Source: Azolla caroliniana (taxonomy: Eukaryota > Plantae > Polypodiophyta). From it: a DNA stretch of 64,000 nucleotides. Under the pieces are notes generated by a model. The model was not told where the DNA came from, ran no database searches, and worked only from the letters and a program-made list of their open reading frames with translations. The stretch covers positions 16,306,001 through 16,370,000 of the forward strand of contig JBHGNT010000003.1 of the NCBI GenBank assembly GCA_043228905.1. Reading direction: 5' to 3'. This document shows, piece by piece, positions 33,760 to 47,400 of the stretch; the stretch's first letter is position 1; every line of letters starts with the position of its first letter. The position numbers and the translations under genes are program-made.

Positions 33760-36700
33760 ATGGACGAATCGTTTGGCGGCATGTTCAAGCTCACCGGCTC
33801 CAACTATTCAGTGTGGAAGTCGAAGATGAGGGACATGCTCGTGGTTAAAAACCTCTGGCTGCCGGTTCAGTTCGGGGACAAGAGACCGGACAAAATCGAC
33901 GTCGTGATATGGGAGGTGATGCACATGAAGACAATGGCGTACATACGGTGCTTCATCGACATGAGCCTATACAACAACTTCAATGAAGAGAGCAAGGCTC
34001 ATGAGCTCTGGGAGAAGATCGGCATAATGTTCTAGAACAAAAATGTTGTCAATCAGGTGTCGGTATTCCGGAAGCTAGTAAGACTCCAGTACCAAGATGG
34101 CTCCAGCATGGCGGAGCACATAAATTCCTTCCAGGGGCTGATACACCAGGCAACGTCATTGGAAGTACCTCTTGCCGACGAGGTACTAGCGCTACTCCTG
34201 CTCGGTTCCCTCCCGGATAGCTGGCAGACGTTGGTTGTCACTTTGGGCAACGCCGGGCCGGAAGGAAAACGGTTATCCCTAGCAAGAGTAAAGTCGAGCT
34301 TGCTAGATGAGGAGGCGCGTCGAAAGGATAAAGATACGAGCTCCGACTCCAAAGCGCTCCTTACCGAATCGGAACGCGGAAGACATAGAAACCGTAGTCC
34401 TCAGAACCGGGAGAAGTCGGGGACACGATCAAAGTCAAGGGGGAGGCCTACTTGCTTCTATTGCGGCAAGCCGGGACACTTCCAAAAGAACTGTCGGCAT
34501 TTCCGTAAAGACAAGGAAACCGACGGTACCGATTCGAAGCAAACCCTGAACCGGAACGGTAAAGACCGGAGGGGGCCGGACCGGAAGGGAACAACGGCAA
34601 TTGCGGCAAGTGAAGAAGAGTTGATGCTCATCACCGAGGAGAGTGAGATGAACCTTGCCGGCGACGAGATGACCTGGGTGGTAGACTCCGGAGCGTCGTT
34701 CCACCTTACCCCGGACCGAAAATGATTCTCATCCTACTCATCCGGTGACCACGGCTGTGTCCGGATGGGGAATGAAGGTACATGCCGAATTATCGGCATA
34801 GGAGACGTGTGGTTGTCAACACCAACAGGATGCAAGTTGCTGTTGAAGGATGTCCGACACGTTCCGGAGGTTCGTCTGAACCTGATATCAGCTGGTCGGC
34901 TAGATGATGAAGGCTACATGGGTAGTATCCGGAACGGTGTCATGAAGTTCAGCAAAGGGAGCCTGATTGTGGCTCGGGCCCGGAAGGTAAACACACTGTA
35001 CCTGATGAATGCCCGGTTATGTCCAGAAGAAGTGAACGTGGCATCCGACACTGCCGGTGAGTTGTGGCACAAGAGGCTGTGTCATATGAGTGAGAAGGGG
35101 ATGAAGAGGCTTGCAGACGACAACCTCATTCCAGCGAAGAACGTGCACTTGGAGAAGTGCACTGATTGTCTGGCCGGTAAGCAGAACCGAACCTCCTTTC
35201 GATCAAGGCCACCGATGAGACGTAATGCACCACTGGAGTTGTTGCATACGGATGTGTGTCAAGTAGACATGAAGTCACATGCCGGAGCGTAGTACTTCGT
35301 GACATTCATAGATGACCATAGCCGGAAGCTGTGGGCCACACCGTTGAAGACAAAGGATCAGGTGTTATCCGTCTTCAAAGAGCTCCACGCAAGAGTGGAC
35401 AGAGAAACCGACCGGAAGCTGAAGGCGGTTCGAGCAGATAACGGGGGAGAATACTGGGGGCAGTTCGAGGAGTAGTGCCGCTCGAAGGGAGTCCGGCTCG
35501 AATTTACCGTGCCGAAGACGCTGGAACTAAACAGACTGGCCGAGAGGATGAACTGGACCATAATGGAGAGGGTCCGGAGTATGCTAGCGCATGCAAAACT
35601 ACCCAAGAAGTTTTGGGCTGAGGCATTGTCGACGGCGACATATGTGATAAACAGATCACCCTCAGTACCCTTGGACGGAGACACGCCACAGAGAGTATGG
35701 ACCGGTAAGGAAGTGTCCTACCGGCATCTGAAGGTGTTCGGGTGTCTCGCGTACGTGCATGTAGCAAAGGACCGGCGAGGAAAGTTAGATCCAAAGACCC
35801 GGCCATGCATATTCCTCGGTTACGGTGGGGATGAGTTCGGCTACCGAGTGTGGGACCCGGTCGACAAGAAGGTATTCCGGAGTCGAGATATTATCTTCAT
35901 GGAGGACAAGACGCTCGCCGATTGGGAGTCGGAGAAGAAGATAATGAACTCTGAGTCGACCGGTAAGGATAGACTCTACGATGAGCAGACCCAACCGGCA
36001 AGAGACCGGTTAGCACTAGAGGAACCAGCCTGTTACGGTGAGGATACCGAACCGGCAGAAGAAGAGGTAGAGGAAGCTGAGACCGGAACCGGCCAAGACC
36101 CCGAATCGCATTCGGATGAAGAGCAAATGGAGGAGCCGGTTACCGAAGCCCGAAGACGGAGATATCCTCTCAGAGAGAGAAGGGCGCCCCGGAGATTTCC
36201 GGATGCAGAGCATGTTCTGCTAACCGATGAGGGGGAGCCGGAAAGCTTCGAAGAAGTGAAGGAAGACACCCACAGCCAAAAATGGTTAAGTGCCATGCAG
36301 GACGAGATAGATTCCCTGCATGAGAACCATACATACGAATTGGTGGAGTTGCCGAAAGGAAAGCGGGCACTCCGAAACAAGTGGGTGTACAAGTTGAAAC
36401 CAGGAGATGCTGGCAACCCCCCGAGATACAAAGCCAGGATCGTGGTGAAGGGGTTCCAGCAGAAGAAGGGCATGGACTTCGACGAGATATTTGCCCCGGT
36501 AGTAAAGATGACCTCCATCCGGACGGTGCTGAGTATAGCAGCAAGCATGGACCTCGAGGTAGAGCAGCTGGACGTGAAGACGACATTCCTTCACGGCGAC
36601 CTCGGAGAGGAGATCTACATGCAACAACCGGAAGGATTTGTGGAGAAAGGGAAGGAGCATCTGGTATGCCGGTTGAAGAAGAGCCTATACGGACTGAAGC

Positions 36701-37789
36701 AGGCTCCCCGACAATGGTATCGGAAGTTCGACTCCTTCATGACCGATTAAGGGTACCACAAGACGCAGGCCGATCATTGCGTGTTTGTGAAGAAGTTCGA
36801 AGGAGGTGACTTCTTAATACTCCTCCTATACGTGGATGACATGTTGATCGTCCGACGTGACCAAGTCAAAATACGGATGCTGAAGAAGGCTCTAAACCGG
36901 ACCTTCTCAATGAAAGACTTGGGTCCGGCAAGACAGATGTTGGGGATGCACATCATCCGTAACCGAAAAGCGAAGCAATTATGGCTGTCACAGGAGAAGT
37001 ACGTGACAAAGGTGCTTCACCGGTTCAACATGTCAGAAGCGAAACCCGGCAAACTGCAACCTATCCGGTAAGCAAAGCCCGAGGACGAAAGCAGAGAAGG
37101 CGGATATGATGAAGATCCCATATGCCTCTGCCGTCGGGAGCTTGATGTACACAATGGTTTGTACTCGACCGGACATTGGATACGCAGTCGGAGTGGTGAG
37201 CCGGTTTATGAGCAATCCTGGCAAGGAGCACTGGAACGCGGTCAAGTGGATACTCCGGTATTTGAAGGGCACTTCAAATATGTGTCTCTGATTCGGCTCC
37301 GGAAAACCTCAACTGGATGGTTTCACCGATTCAGACATGTCGGCTGATGTGGATACCAGCCGGTCTACATCCGGGTATGTGATGACATATGCAGGGGGAG
37401 CTGTTTCGTGGCAGTCGAGGCTGCAGAAGACGGTTGCATTGTCAACCACAGAGGCGGAGTACATGGCGGCTGTGGAAGCCGGCAAGGAAATATTATGGAT
37501 GAAGGACTTCATCGGAGAGCTCGGTATATGGAAAGAGGAATACCGACTCTATTGCGATAGTCAAAGTGCCATCCACCTTGCTAAAAATGCAGCCTACCAT
37601 TCCTGGACGAAGCATATCCAGCGGAGGTATCACTGGATCCGGGAAAGAGTAGATGACCAGGAGTTCGCACTGACGAAGATCCACATGGCCGAGAACGGGT
37701 CAGATATGCTGACCAAAGTGCTGACACCTGACAAGCTGGATGCATGCCGGAAGAGAATCGGACTGGTAAGACACCCCATGCCGGAGTGA
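33760..37789 (+). pseudogene. gag-pol of Copia G with point-mutation stops and a small deletion
   Basis: Stops at ~34033, 34723, 35290, 35473, 36748 and 37289; CFYCGKPGHFQKNC, VDSGAS, YVDD and STTEAEY motifs. Confidence 0.92.
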
Positions 37790-39465
37790 AGGGGGAGTTT
37801 GTTGGGAGACAGGTCCCTCCGGATGGGAAGGGAGAAGAACAGTGCAGACGAACAAACTCGGCCGAGGCCGATAGGACAAGGCCGAATCCGTATGAGGTGT
37901 ACCCGGCTACGGAGAGCCGGATGGTGCAGGCCCGGTGTGAACCGGATGAGGAGTACCCGGCTACGGAGAGCCAGATGGTGCAAGCCCGCTGTGAACCGGA
38001 TGAGGAGTACCTGGCTACGGAGAGCCGGATGGTGCAGGCCCGGTATGAACCGGAGGAAGAGACATATTCGTAAATATGTTTCTGAGAGCCCATCGAGGCT
38101 ATATTTGTAAATAGCTGAAAAGTCATATTAGTATAAATATGACTTAGGGCAAACTTTTAAGAGTTGTTGTCATTCTTCCTTGTTGGTGCAAGAAGAAGAG
38201 AGCGCGTAACTATACAGAGAGAGAGAGAGAGAACGAGGTCGTTTCCTCTGTTGTAACCGCCGCCTGTGGCGAAGATCGTGAGCCCGAGGTTGTTGCCTCC
38301 GTGTACTCACTGTTTTGTACATTCATACATAGTGACAGTTTGCAGCCTGTGGGCTACCGTGGTTTTTTCCCTAGTTTGGGGTTTTCCACGTTAACCTCCT
38401 GTGTACCATTTCTCTTCTTTGTGTCGTGTTCTATTTCCCGTTTTCTGTGTATGAAAAGAATCTCGGTTGTGGCAAGTTCCCGTCATGTACATCCGAAGCA
38501 CAAAAAGGACACACCACAACCTTATTAGGATCTAGCAAAACTAAACTACGTATTAGCAAACAGAACGCACATGTGCCAAGCGGTCGTCCTTACCCCTTAT
38601 AACCAATTAGTAAGCTTCGTGCAACAAAAACCCAGAACATGGGTCACTCTAATGCTTGAACCTAGAGTTTTTTCAATGAGTATAACATCGTTTGAGTGAT
38701 AGGTCATGGACAGGAATAGCTTGAATGTGCTAAAATATTTAGGATTGCTCAGTCACAACTGAGTCCCAATCCCACGATGGAAGAAACAGAAACTAGAAAT
38801 AAGACGACATAGAATGTTAATGTGGAAAACCCTAATTGGGAAAAACCATGGGAATTCTCAGAGCTCTTAACAGAATCACTATAGAGGAGAGGTACAACAA
38901 TGCGAGTCTCAGAGGCAACGACCTCGAGCTCTACCTTTGCCAACCAATGGTTACAACAAAAAAGCCTTCTCTCTCTCTCTCTCTCTGACTATCTTTTACT
39001 CTACAACAAGAATGATAATAGCAACACCACGACAAACTACTCATTTTCCCTAGTTAATTTATACTCATATAACTTAGATGCTATTTATAAATGTAGCCTC
39101 AACGGCCCATAAGAAACATATTTACAAATTTGTCTCTCTTCTGGTTCATACTGGATCTAGTCGGATCCCTTCCGGATATCCTTCTCGATCACTCCGATCC
39201 AACTCATTCTTCTCTGGCTTCTCCGATCCCCATCCGGAGGGACCGATATCTCAACAATCTCCCCCTTCATTCTGGTATGGGGTCTTCGTCAATCCGATCC
39301 AACTTCGGCATGTGTCCAGGTTGTTGGCTGACAACACTTCGGTCAATGAAGCGGAAGTGTATGCGGAAACGTATGAGGATCTATCTGAGTTCGTACTCAG
39401 AAAACAGCACAGAAAGAGAAGCAAAGATATACATAGTTTGAAGCTTTAATGGAAGCTTTATTACA

Positions 39466-39496
<31 letters not shown>

Positions 39497-41261
39497 AGAG
39501 ACTCGATATCTGATATATGATCAAGAAGATTGTTCTTTGCAACATTAGGTTATTGCTTATATACTAAGCCCGAACTATGTGGCCGAGTTCACACTAGAAT
39601 ACAAAGTGGAGGGAGTCGGCCTTTTATGCCAAAACACTCCCCCTCAAAATGACTACTCTTTCCTACATGTACATGTGTTTGGGGTTGTCTCCCCTGTGAA
39701 CTTAGATTACAACACTAATCTAGATTTATATTACAAATCGGTCAGCATATAGTCGAGTCGGCATGGGTGAGGTCCGTGTTGAGCCTAGCATGTTCATTAT
39801 CATGATTGATTTGGTCGACTCTTACCTTCTGCTCCTCGTTTGACTTTCTTTTGCTTGGTTGGTTGTCGTAGTGCCATCTTTGTCTTTAGTGCTCCGAAGT
39901 GTTGATTTGGGTGTGGCTTTGTCAGTCAATCAACAATGTTCACCTCGGTGTCGATCTTCCGGACTTCGAGCTTCTTCTCGGTTGTGAGCTCCCAGATGTG
40001 ATGATACCGCACCTCAATATGCTTTGTCTTTACTTGATAGACAAGATTGTTGATGAGGTGTATTGCGCTCTATAAGTCGCAATAGATGGTTGGCGTAGGT
40101 TGGTCGGTTTGGCTTATAGTTGAAAAGTCGGCGGACACTCGATGCAGCCAGATCACTTCCTTCGTTGCCTCCGATGCTACTATGTACTCAGCTTCTGTGG
40201 TCGACAAAGCCATGCACTCTTGAAGTTTCGACCTCCATGATATCGCACCGCCACCATACGTGAAGACGTAGCCTGATGTTGATTTCCGACTATCCATATT
40301 CTCGGCATAGTCAGAATATGTGTAGCCTTCGACTTTGGCTGAGGTTATCAATCCGAAAGTCAATTGTGTATGTTCAATCCATCTCAGGTACCTAAAGATG
40401 TGCTTGACGGTGTCGTGATGTGGCGTGCTCGAGGGCGGGAAAAACCGGTGAAAAGGGGGTCCAAAATGTGCATGTGCAATGTGTGTGCACACAAAAGCGA
40501 TTAATTGTGCACATGCAAAATAAAAAGGAAACGAAAGGGTAAAAGGGAGGTATAGAAGCTCGTGCAAAAAGTAAGAGAGAGGTGAGATAAAGGGTAGAGG
40601 GGAGACAGGCTATAAATTTATAGAGATAGACTTACACATTATATAAGAAAGAGTTAGTGGGTTAGTGAATAGTCACATTGACTACTAGCTAGAGGTGCAC
40701 GGTTCGAATCTAGTCTTATAGTGCAGCATGATTTAAGGAATTTTATTCCTTTTTCATTGAAGACAAATTTGGCGACCCCCCCTTCTTTTTTTCCTATAAA
40801 AGGAGGTCGAGGGGGGGCTCATTGGGAGGGACGTTTTGGGAGGAGGAGACTATCGCCAATTTTCCTTCGAAGCTCTTCATCTCCTTATTCACCACTTTTC
40901 TTCATCTCATACCCCTTCGTCCCCCCATCGCCATGTGCTCGTGAGCCCAAGCTTCATTGGCTTGACGTTGCTCCGCCCCGTTCGTCGTTGCGAGCCCGTG
41001 TGCTTGCCGTTCGGGTGGTCGTGGTTCGTTGGGATTGGCATTTTGGTGGTGCTCGTGTGTTCGTTTTCGCCGTGTTCGGTTTTGCCTTGTCTCTAAGGGC
41101 ATTTAATATTTATGTTTTGATTGAGATTGTGGTTAACTATAAGTTTCCATTGTAAAAAAAAGAACCCTATTTTATAAAGGGTCCTCTTGCATTAGAATCA
41201 AACACGTATTTAACTCTTTGGTCAATATTGTTCGTGTTTCTTTCTCTCCTTCTTTCTTTAT

Positions 41262-41880
41262 TCGTGTCTTTCTTGTACGTTCGGTCGTCTTGTGACGAGG
41301 GGACCGTTCGGGCTTGCCCATGCACCTCTCCTCCTCATAAAGGCGTACGAGCATTTGTATGTGTGTTTGTGTCTTCCTTGTACGTTCGGCCGTCTTGTGA
41401 CGAGGGGACCGTTCGGGCTTGCCCATGCACCTCTCCTCCTCATAAAGGCGTACGAGCATTTTGTGTGTGTGTTTGTGTCCTGCTTGTACGTTCGACCGTC
41501 TTGTGACGAGGGGACCGTTTGGGCTTGCCCATGCACCTCTCCTCCTCATAAAGGCGTACGAGCATTTGTGCGTGTGTTTGTGTCTTCCTTGTACGTTCGG
41601 TCGTCTTGTGATGAGGGGACCGTTCGGGCTTGCCCATGCACTTGTCCTCCTCATAAAGACGTACGAGCATTTGTGTGTGTGTTTGTGTCTTCCTTGTACG
41701 TTCGACCGTCTTGTGACGAGGGGACCGTTCGGGCTTGCCCATGCACCTCTCCTCCTCATAAAGGCATATGAGCATTTTGTGCGTGTGTTTTGTGTCTTCC
41801 TCGTACGTTCGACGTCTTGTCACGAGGGAGCGTTCAGGCGCGCCCATGCACCTCTCCTCCTCATAAAGCCGTAGGGACAT
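41262..41880 (+). repeat. ~105-bp tandem array (about 6 units) in the B2 5' LTR
   Basis: GTGA(C/T)GAGGGGACCGTT(C/T)GGGCTTGCCCATGCAC at 41292, 41397, 41503, 41608 and 41713, with a diverged unit at ~41819. Confidence 0.95.
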
Positions 41881-42240
41881 TCGTGTTTGTGTTATCGTCC
41901 CCTTGTGCATTCATGTTGCGTGCTCATCTTGCTTGTACTCGTTTGGTCACTTGGCTCGTATGGTGATCTCGGAAGGTCGATGAGTCGTGATCAACGAGAG
42001 CCACTGGCCTCACAAAACAAAAGGGGAACGAGACCTTGCTTGGGAAGGGGTGGGGAAGTAGTATTGTCATAAAGAAAACCTCGGGTCTTCTCTATCCCTT
42101 GAGTACTCCCTAGTCCGAGACCCTCGTGGTCCCGCCCAAGTAACACACGCGCGCGAAACTTCACGACATAAATTGGTGAACCCGACGTGAAAGGGCGGCA
42201 AGGGAGAACCAAGATGTGAGGAGGAGAACTCGCTGAAGTG

Positions 42241-44364
42241 ATGGCGGCGGCGGTGGACCGCTTGGTAAATGCCCGAGAAGGAAACACCGGTCTAGACCGG
42301 GCCATAGAGACGATGGTTAGCACAACGGGGCGGTTCAATGGAAGAGATATCAGGAGCTACTTGGATGCCTATAAGGCCAAAATGCTTATGCGAAACGTCC
42401 CCGAAGATAGGCGGCTAACCGGATTCGCTAGAGTGGTAACGTCGAGTATCCACGCGGAGGTCCTCGAGATCCAAGCGAATTGTTGCAATTGGGTGGAGTT
42501 CGAAGAAAGACTCCTCGAGAAGTACAACCTTGATGACTCACTCAGAATTTCGAAAAGGGATCTAATGGCGTGGGTTGAGCTTCCCGGCAAGGGGAGAAAT
42601 ACTATGGTACTTTTACAAGAATTTGAGAAGCGCTTCACGCGACTCTCGACGCTCGATAGGATGGTGCTTGACACAAGCAAGGTCCTACTATTCATAAAGA
42701 CTGTTGATGCACGAGACCGAGAGAAGGTGGGGTCCCTCCTCGAAACTGATGATGGGCTCACGACGGATTGGGCTATGGTAAAACGGGTTTGTAGCCGCTT
42801 CGATAAGAGAAGGGAATGGAATGACGGGTCTCCGTTGAGCGGCCAAACATCCACAGGCTCCATTAGTTAGACACACGAACCTAGGGCTGGTAGAATACCT
42901 CAAGAAAGAGAGCAAGCAAATGCAAGGTTCATCCCCGAGAGAAACGTGGTTGAAGCACCGTTGGGAGGGTCGGCAATAGACGAGCTCACAAAGATGGTGT
43001 GAGATCTCCAAATAGCGCAGGCTAGGAGAGAGAGTGGCGGCCCTCAAGATCGACGTCCCCCGTTCGCGCAAAGATGTATGTGGTGCGACAACCCCGACCA
43101 CCTACGAAGGGAGTGTGGAGACTTTCAAGAGGCCCTAAGAAAGGATATTGTCTATCTTTGGAACAATAGGGTCTATTTGACGGAGACAAGGCGCCCGTTG
43201 GGATTGAATCAAGGCCGAGGGGGCATGAGAAGGCTAATGGAGGAGGCCAAAGCACGACATGTTGAAGCCGTCCACTACTCGGCGTCGGCTGGGATCCGAG
43301 TGGGGAAAGAGGGGAGGAGGCAAGAGGAGAAAGAGTTTGACTTTTGGCCATCAATCCTTGGAAGCCTTTCTAAGGGGAAGTTCAAAAGAGAAGAAGCAGA
43401 CGAGGCGGAAAGAAGGGTCCAAGAAGCAACCGGGTGGAAGGATCCGGTGGAAGAAAAGACAGGCTTGGTGGAAGCCGCTTGCCAAAACTACGAAGTAATG
43501 GTAGAAGAGAAGAAGGTAGGAAATGACGAGGGAGCCGGTCCATCAAGGAAATACGAAGCTCGAGGTGCACGAAGAAGGGAAGAGCCGAACCAGTCTCAAG
43601 CACGCGACGAAAGATGGAAAGAGAAGGGGAAACCCCCCAACTTCAAGCTTTGCTTGGAGATCGAACAAGCAACGGACGTGAAGAAGGTAGTGGAGAAGAG
43701 GATCCTCGATAGTCGAGTAGAGTTTACTTTGCGAGAGGTCCTCGGAATTGCCAAGAAAGAATTCCACGAGGTCATCATCGACCTAATGAAGAGGAAGCGG
43801 CTCTCAACGGAGCAAGAAGTGGCAAAACCTGCAATTGTAAATGCATTGTCAATTGAGGTCCCCGAGGAAGACGAAGACTATGCGGACAGTCACTACACGA
43901 GGCCGCATTGGGCGAGAGCGACAACGGAGACACCGGTACGGGTCGGAGATGTAAAAGAGCCGGTGGTAGCATTGATCGACCATGGCTTTGAGATCAACCT
44001 TATGTCCATGGACTTTTATAAAAAGGGAAAGTGGCCGATCAACATGAAGCACGGATGGAAGATTAGCGCGGCGACCCGAGCAACCGAGGAGCTATACAGG
44101 GCTTGCCCGAATGTACGTGTGAAGGTGGGGGACGTAGAAATAGATCAAAATTTCTTTGTTCAAGAGATGTCCTCGCACCCGGTCATCTTGGGTGAACCAT
44201 ACATCACGGCGGCTCGTATGGAGACGAAGGTACTAGACAACGGGTCGGCATATGCGAGGGTCAAGAGCCAAGATGGGAAGCATTCAGTCCAATTCCTTAC
44301 AGTGAGGCCCAACCATGAGCGCAATCGAGCCTCCCTCAAAGGGGATAGCCGAGAGGATTTTTGA
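42241..44364 (+). pseudogene. gag: B2 ORF1: gag plus protease
   Basis: FNGRDIRSYL, CMWCDNPDHLRREC and LIDHGFEINLM; internal stops; ends in REDF*. Confidence 0.88.
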
Positions 44365-44417
44365 TTCGGGCTATTAAAGAGTGGGGCCGCAATAGCCCGA
44401 GGCAAACTAAGACCCTA
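44355..44417 (+). promoter_or_regulatory. Putative -1 ribosomal frameshift signal (GGAUUUU plus H-type pseudoknot)
   Basis: G GAT TTT before the ORF1 stop; 10-bp stem 44366-44375 / 44391-44400; ORF2 lies in the -1 frame; counterpart in B1 at 20040-19976. Confidence 0.72.
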
Positions 44418-47400
44418 AACCCTTGTAAAACTATTAAATGTAATAGGAAACAATTTTGGTTCTCCGAAAATGGAGCTTGTAAAATTACTAGTTTAAGTGA
44501 TATAGATAAGTCTAGGGCCAAGAGATACGAAAGCTATCTCAAACAATGTAATTTATTGGGGGAAGATGACACCATAAGCGGCGCCATGGAGGCGGTCTCG
44601 TTCAACGACACTCTTCGAGAGATGGAGAGGGTAGTCGTTTCGGGCCTCAATGAAGACAAGGCAATTCCAGTCAACTCAGTTGACATGTACACCGCCATCG
44701 AAGAGCTTGGGCGGTCGATTGAGGAAGCGAGGATGGTCAAGGTGCAAACAAAGTACAAGACCGTGGACAAGAAGGTGAAGCCTGTGGCTACCCCATTGCC
44801 TAACGATAGTTGGGATCGGATAAAGGGGGTGGCGGCTGATCCTAGCTTGCGGGACCCACGAGGCATAGGGCATCGGTTCACCGACGAGACGCGACAGAAG
44901 CTTCGGATTGGTGGGGGTGGCTTCCTATTGCCTAGGGAGGAGGAAAGATTTAGAAGGATGATCGAAAGCCACGGAAGGGCTTTCGCCTTCTCGTCGGGTG
45001 AGATAGGGTGTGTAAACACTAAGATCGTGGAGCCAATGGTGATCTTTACGGTGCCGCATGTACCGTGGAACATCAAGCCAATCCCCGTTCCGAGAGCTCA
45101 CATCCCGAAGTTGATTGAGCTACTCAAGGAAAAGATCGAGATGGGTATCCTCGAGCCATCAAGCTCCCCATACTCGAATCGGTGGTTCACTGTGCCAAAG
45201 AAGAACGGCACATTACGCTTCATCCAGGACCTACAACCTGTTAATCAAGTGACAATTCGAAATGCCGGGGTCGGACCAAGCGTTGACGAATTCGCCGAGG
45301 CCTTCGCTGGAAGGTCTATTTATTCGATCGGTGATCTATACTCGGGGTATGATCAATTCCAACTAGCTGTGGAGAGCAGGGACATCACGACGATGCGGAC
45401 TCCTATCGGCCTAGTACGAATGTGTACCTTGCCACAAGGAGGCACTAACTCTGTAGCCCACATGGTAAATGCAATGAACAAGGTACAGAGAGATTGCATC
45501 CCTGACATCACCATGCCGTTCCTCGATGACATCCCCATAAAAGGGTGCTCTGAAGCGGAGAAAGATGAAACCTTGGACGAGTATGGGTGCAGACGTTTTG
45601 TGGCATATCACATCTCCGATTGCGAGAAGGTTCTACAAAGACTCGAAGATGCACGCTTGTCCTTCTCGGGCGAGAAATTGGCATTCGGCCAACCAGAGAT
45701 CCTTGTGGTGGGACACTTGTGCGGGGCGTACGGACAGAAGCCGTCCCCGGCAAAGGTGGACGCCATCACAGACATGAGGGAAGAATGTAAATCGCAAACA
45801 GAGCTGAGGTGATTTCTTGGTGCTTGTGCATTCTACCACATCTGGATCCCGCACTATGCTCACCTAGCCGAGCCCTTGTATGCGCTACTTAAGAAGGGGC
45901 GAAAGTTCAAGTGGGAGGAAGAGCACACAGAGGCAATGAAGAGGCTCAAAGGAATGTTGGTAGCGGCACCAGCTTTACGAAAAGCCGTATACAAGGAAGG
46001 GGTGCCCATCTACGTGACGGTAGATACGAGTCCAACAGGGATTGGATGGGTCATCAACGAAGAAGGAGAGGATGGTACACAATATGCCATCCGGTTCGGA
46101 ACCAAGGTCTTAAGCGAGAGACAACGAGGATACGCCCAAGTAAAACGTGAGCTTTGGGGTATTGTGTCCGCAGTGAAGGCGGATAAAGATTACCTAATCA
46201 GGTCAGAGGTGGTAATAGAGACGGATTGCCTTCCAATCCTAGGGATGGTTTCGGGGTGTGCAACACCTGACCTAGCTATGCTAAGATGGATCGCTTAGAT
46301 CAAATCAATGAACCCGGAGATTCACCACATTTCAGGGAAGAACAATGTCATGGCAGATATGCTATCGAGGGCAAGGTTTGAAGGCGAAAGCGACATGGTG
46401 TTTGAAGATGAGGATGTCGCTCTTGACTTCTTTAAGACATCCCAAGCGTCTATAGATGATCAAGATGTGCGAGTACTCCACGCCTTCAACGAAAGTGAAT
46501 ACGAAGGGGAGTGGCTACACATTGGCAAGTTCTTAAGCTCAATGACAATGGATAGTTCATGGTCGAAGCAAGAAACACAAAGAGTCCGAAAGAAAGCGTA
46601 CAAGTACTTCCTACGAGGGGGATTCCTTTGGAGGCACCCGAAGAGAAGGACGGGGACGCCACAACGAGTGGTCATAAAGGAACAGGACCAGACAACATTG
46701 GTGTCTGAATTCCACGAGAGTCCTTGGGCGGGCCATAGAGGAACGTGGGCAACATTCGAGAAGTTAAAGGAGAAGTATTGGTGGCCGGGAATGTACAAGG
46801 ATGTCGCCCATTTCGTGGGGACGTGTGAAAGCTGTCAGATACACTCCAACATACGCCATACGGACGAGTTGCACCCAACCTACCCACTCACCATACAGTT
46901 CAAATGGATGGTGGATTTGGTTTCGATGCCGATGGGAGTGGGCCAAATGAAATATTTGGTGCTAGCAAGAGAAGACCTAACAAACCAAGTAGAAGGGCAG
47001 GCCTTAGCAAACAAAACGACGGCGGGGGTGTGTAAATTCTTACTCGAGGATGTCATCTGCCGGTACGGATGTGTGGGAAAGATAGTGGCCGATAGAGGAG
47101 AGCTGAACGCTCACGAAGCTACAGAGCTCTTTGACCGACTTGGAGTGAAGCTCTCTCTCACGACCGCTTATAACCCGGAGGCTAATGGAAAGATAGAACA
47201 CGGACACGGGCCTATCGTAAAAGCCATTGTACGAGCTTGTGATGGGCGAGTCGAGAATTGGCCTCGGTTACTACCTTATGCCTTGTGGGCCGACAGAACA
47301 ACTCATAGCTCAGTTACAGGTTTCATGCCAGCTGAACTCATCTACGGACAAAAGCCGGTGATGCCCATTGAAGACACGATCGCTTCATGGGTAGCGATGC

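Larger units (their letters stand above)
32963..38485 (+). mobile_element. Full-length Tork/Tnt1-like Copia G; LTRs 32963-33730 and 37800-38485
   Basis: TSD TGTAC; PBS TGGTATCAGAGC; PPT GAAGGGGGAG; complete gag-PR-INT-RT-RH order. Confidence 0.97.

Noticed and set aside
41262-41880. CRISPR-like array
   Set aside because: Units are wholly repeated with no unique spacers, lie inside a plant LTR, and there are no cas genes
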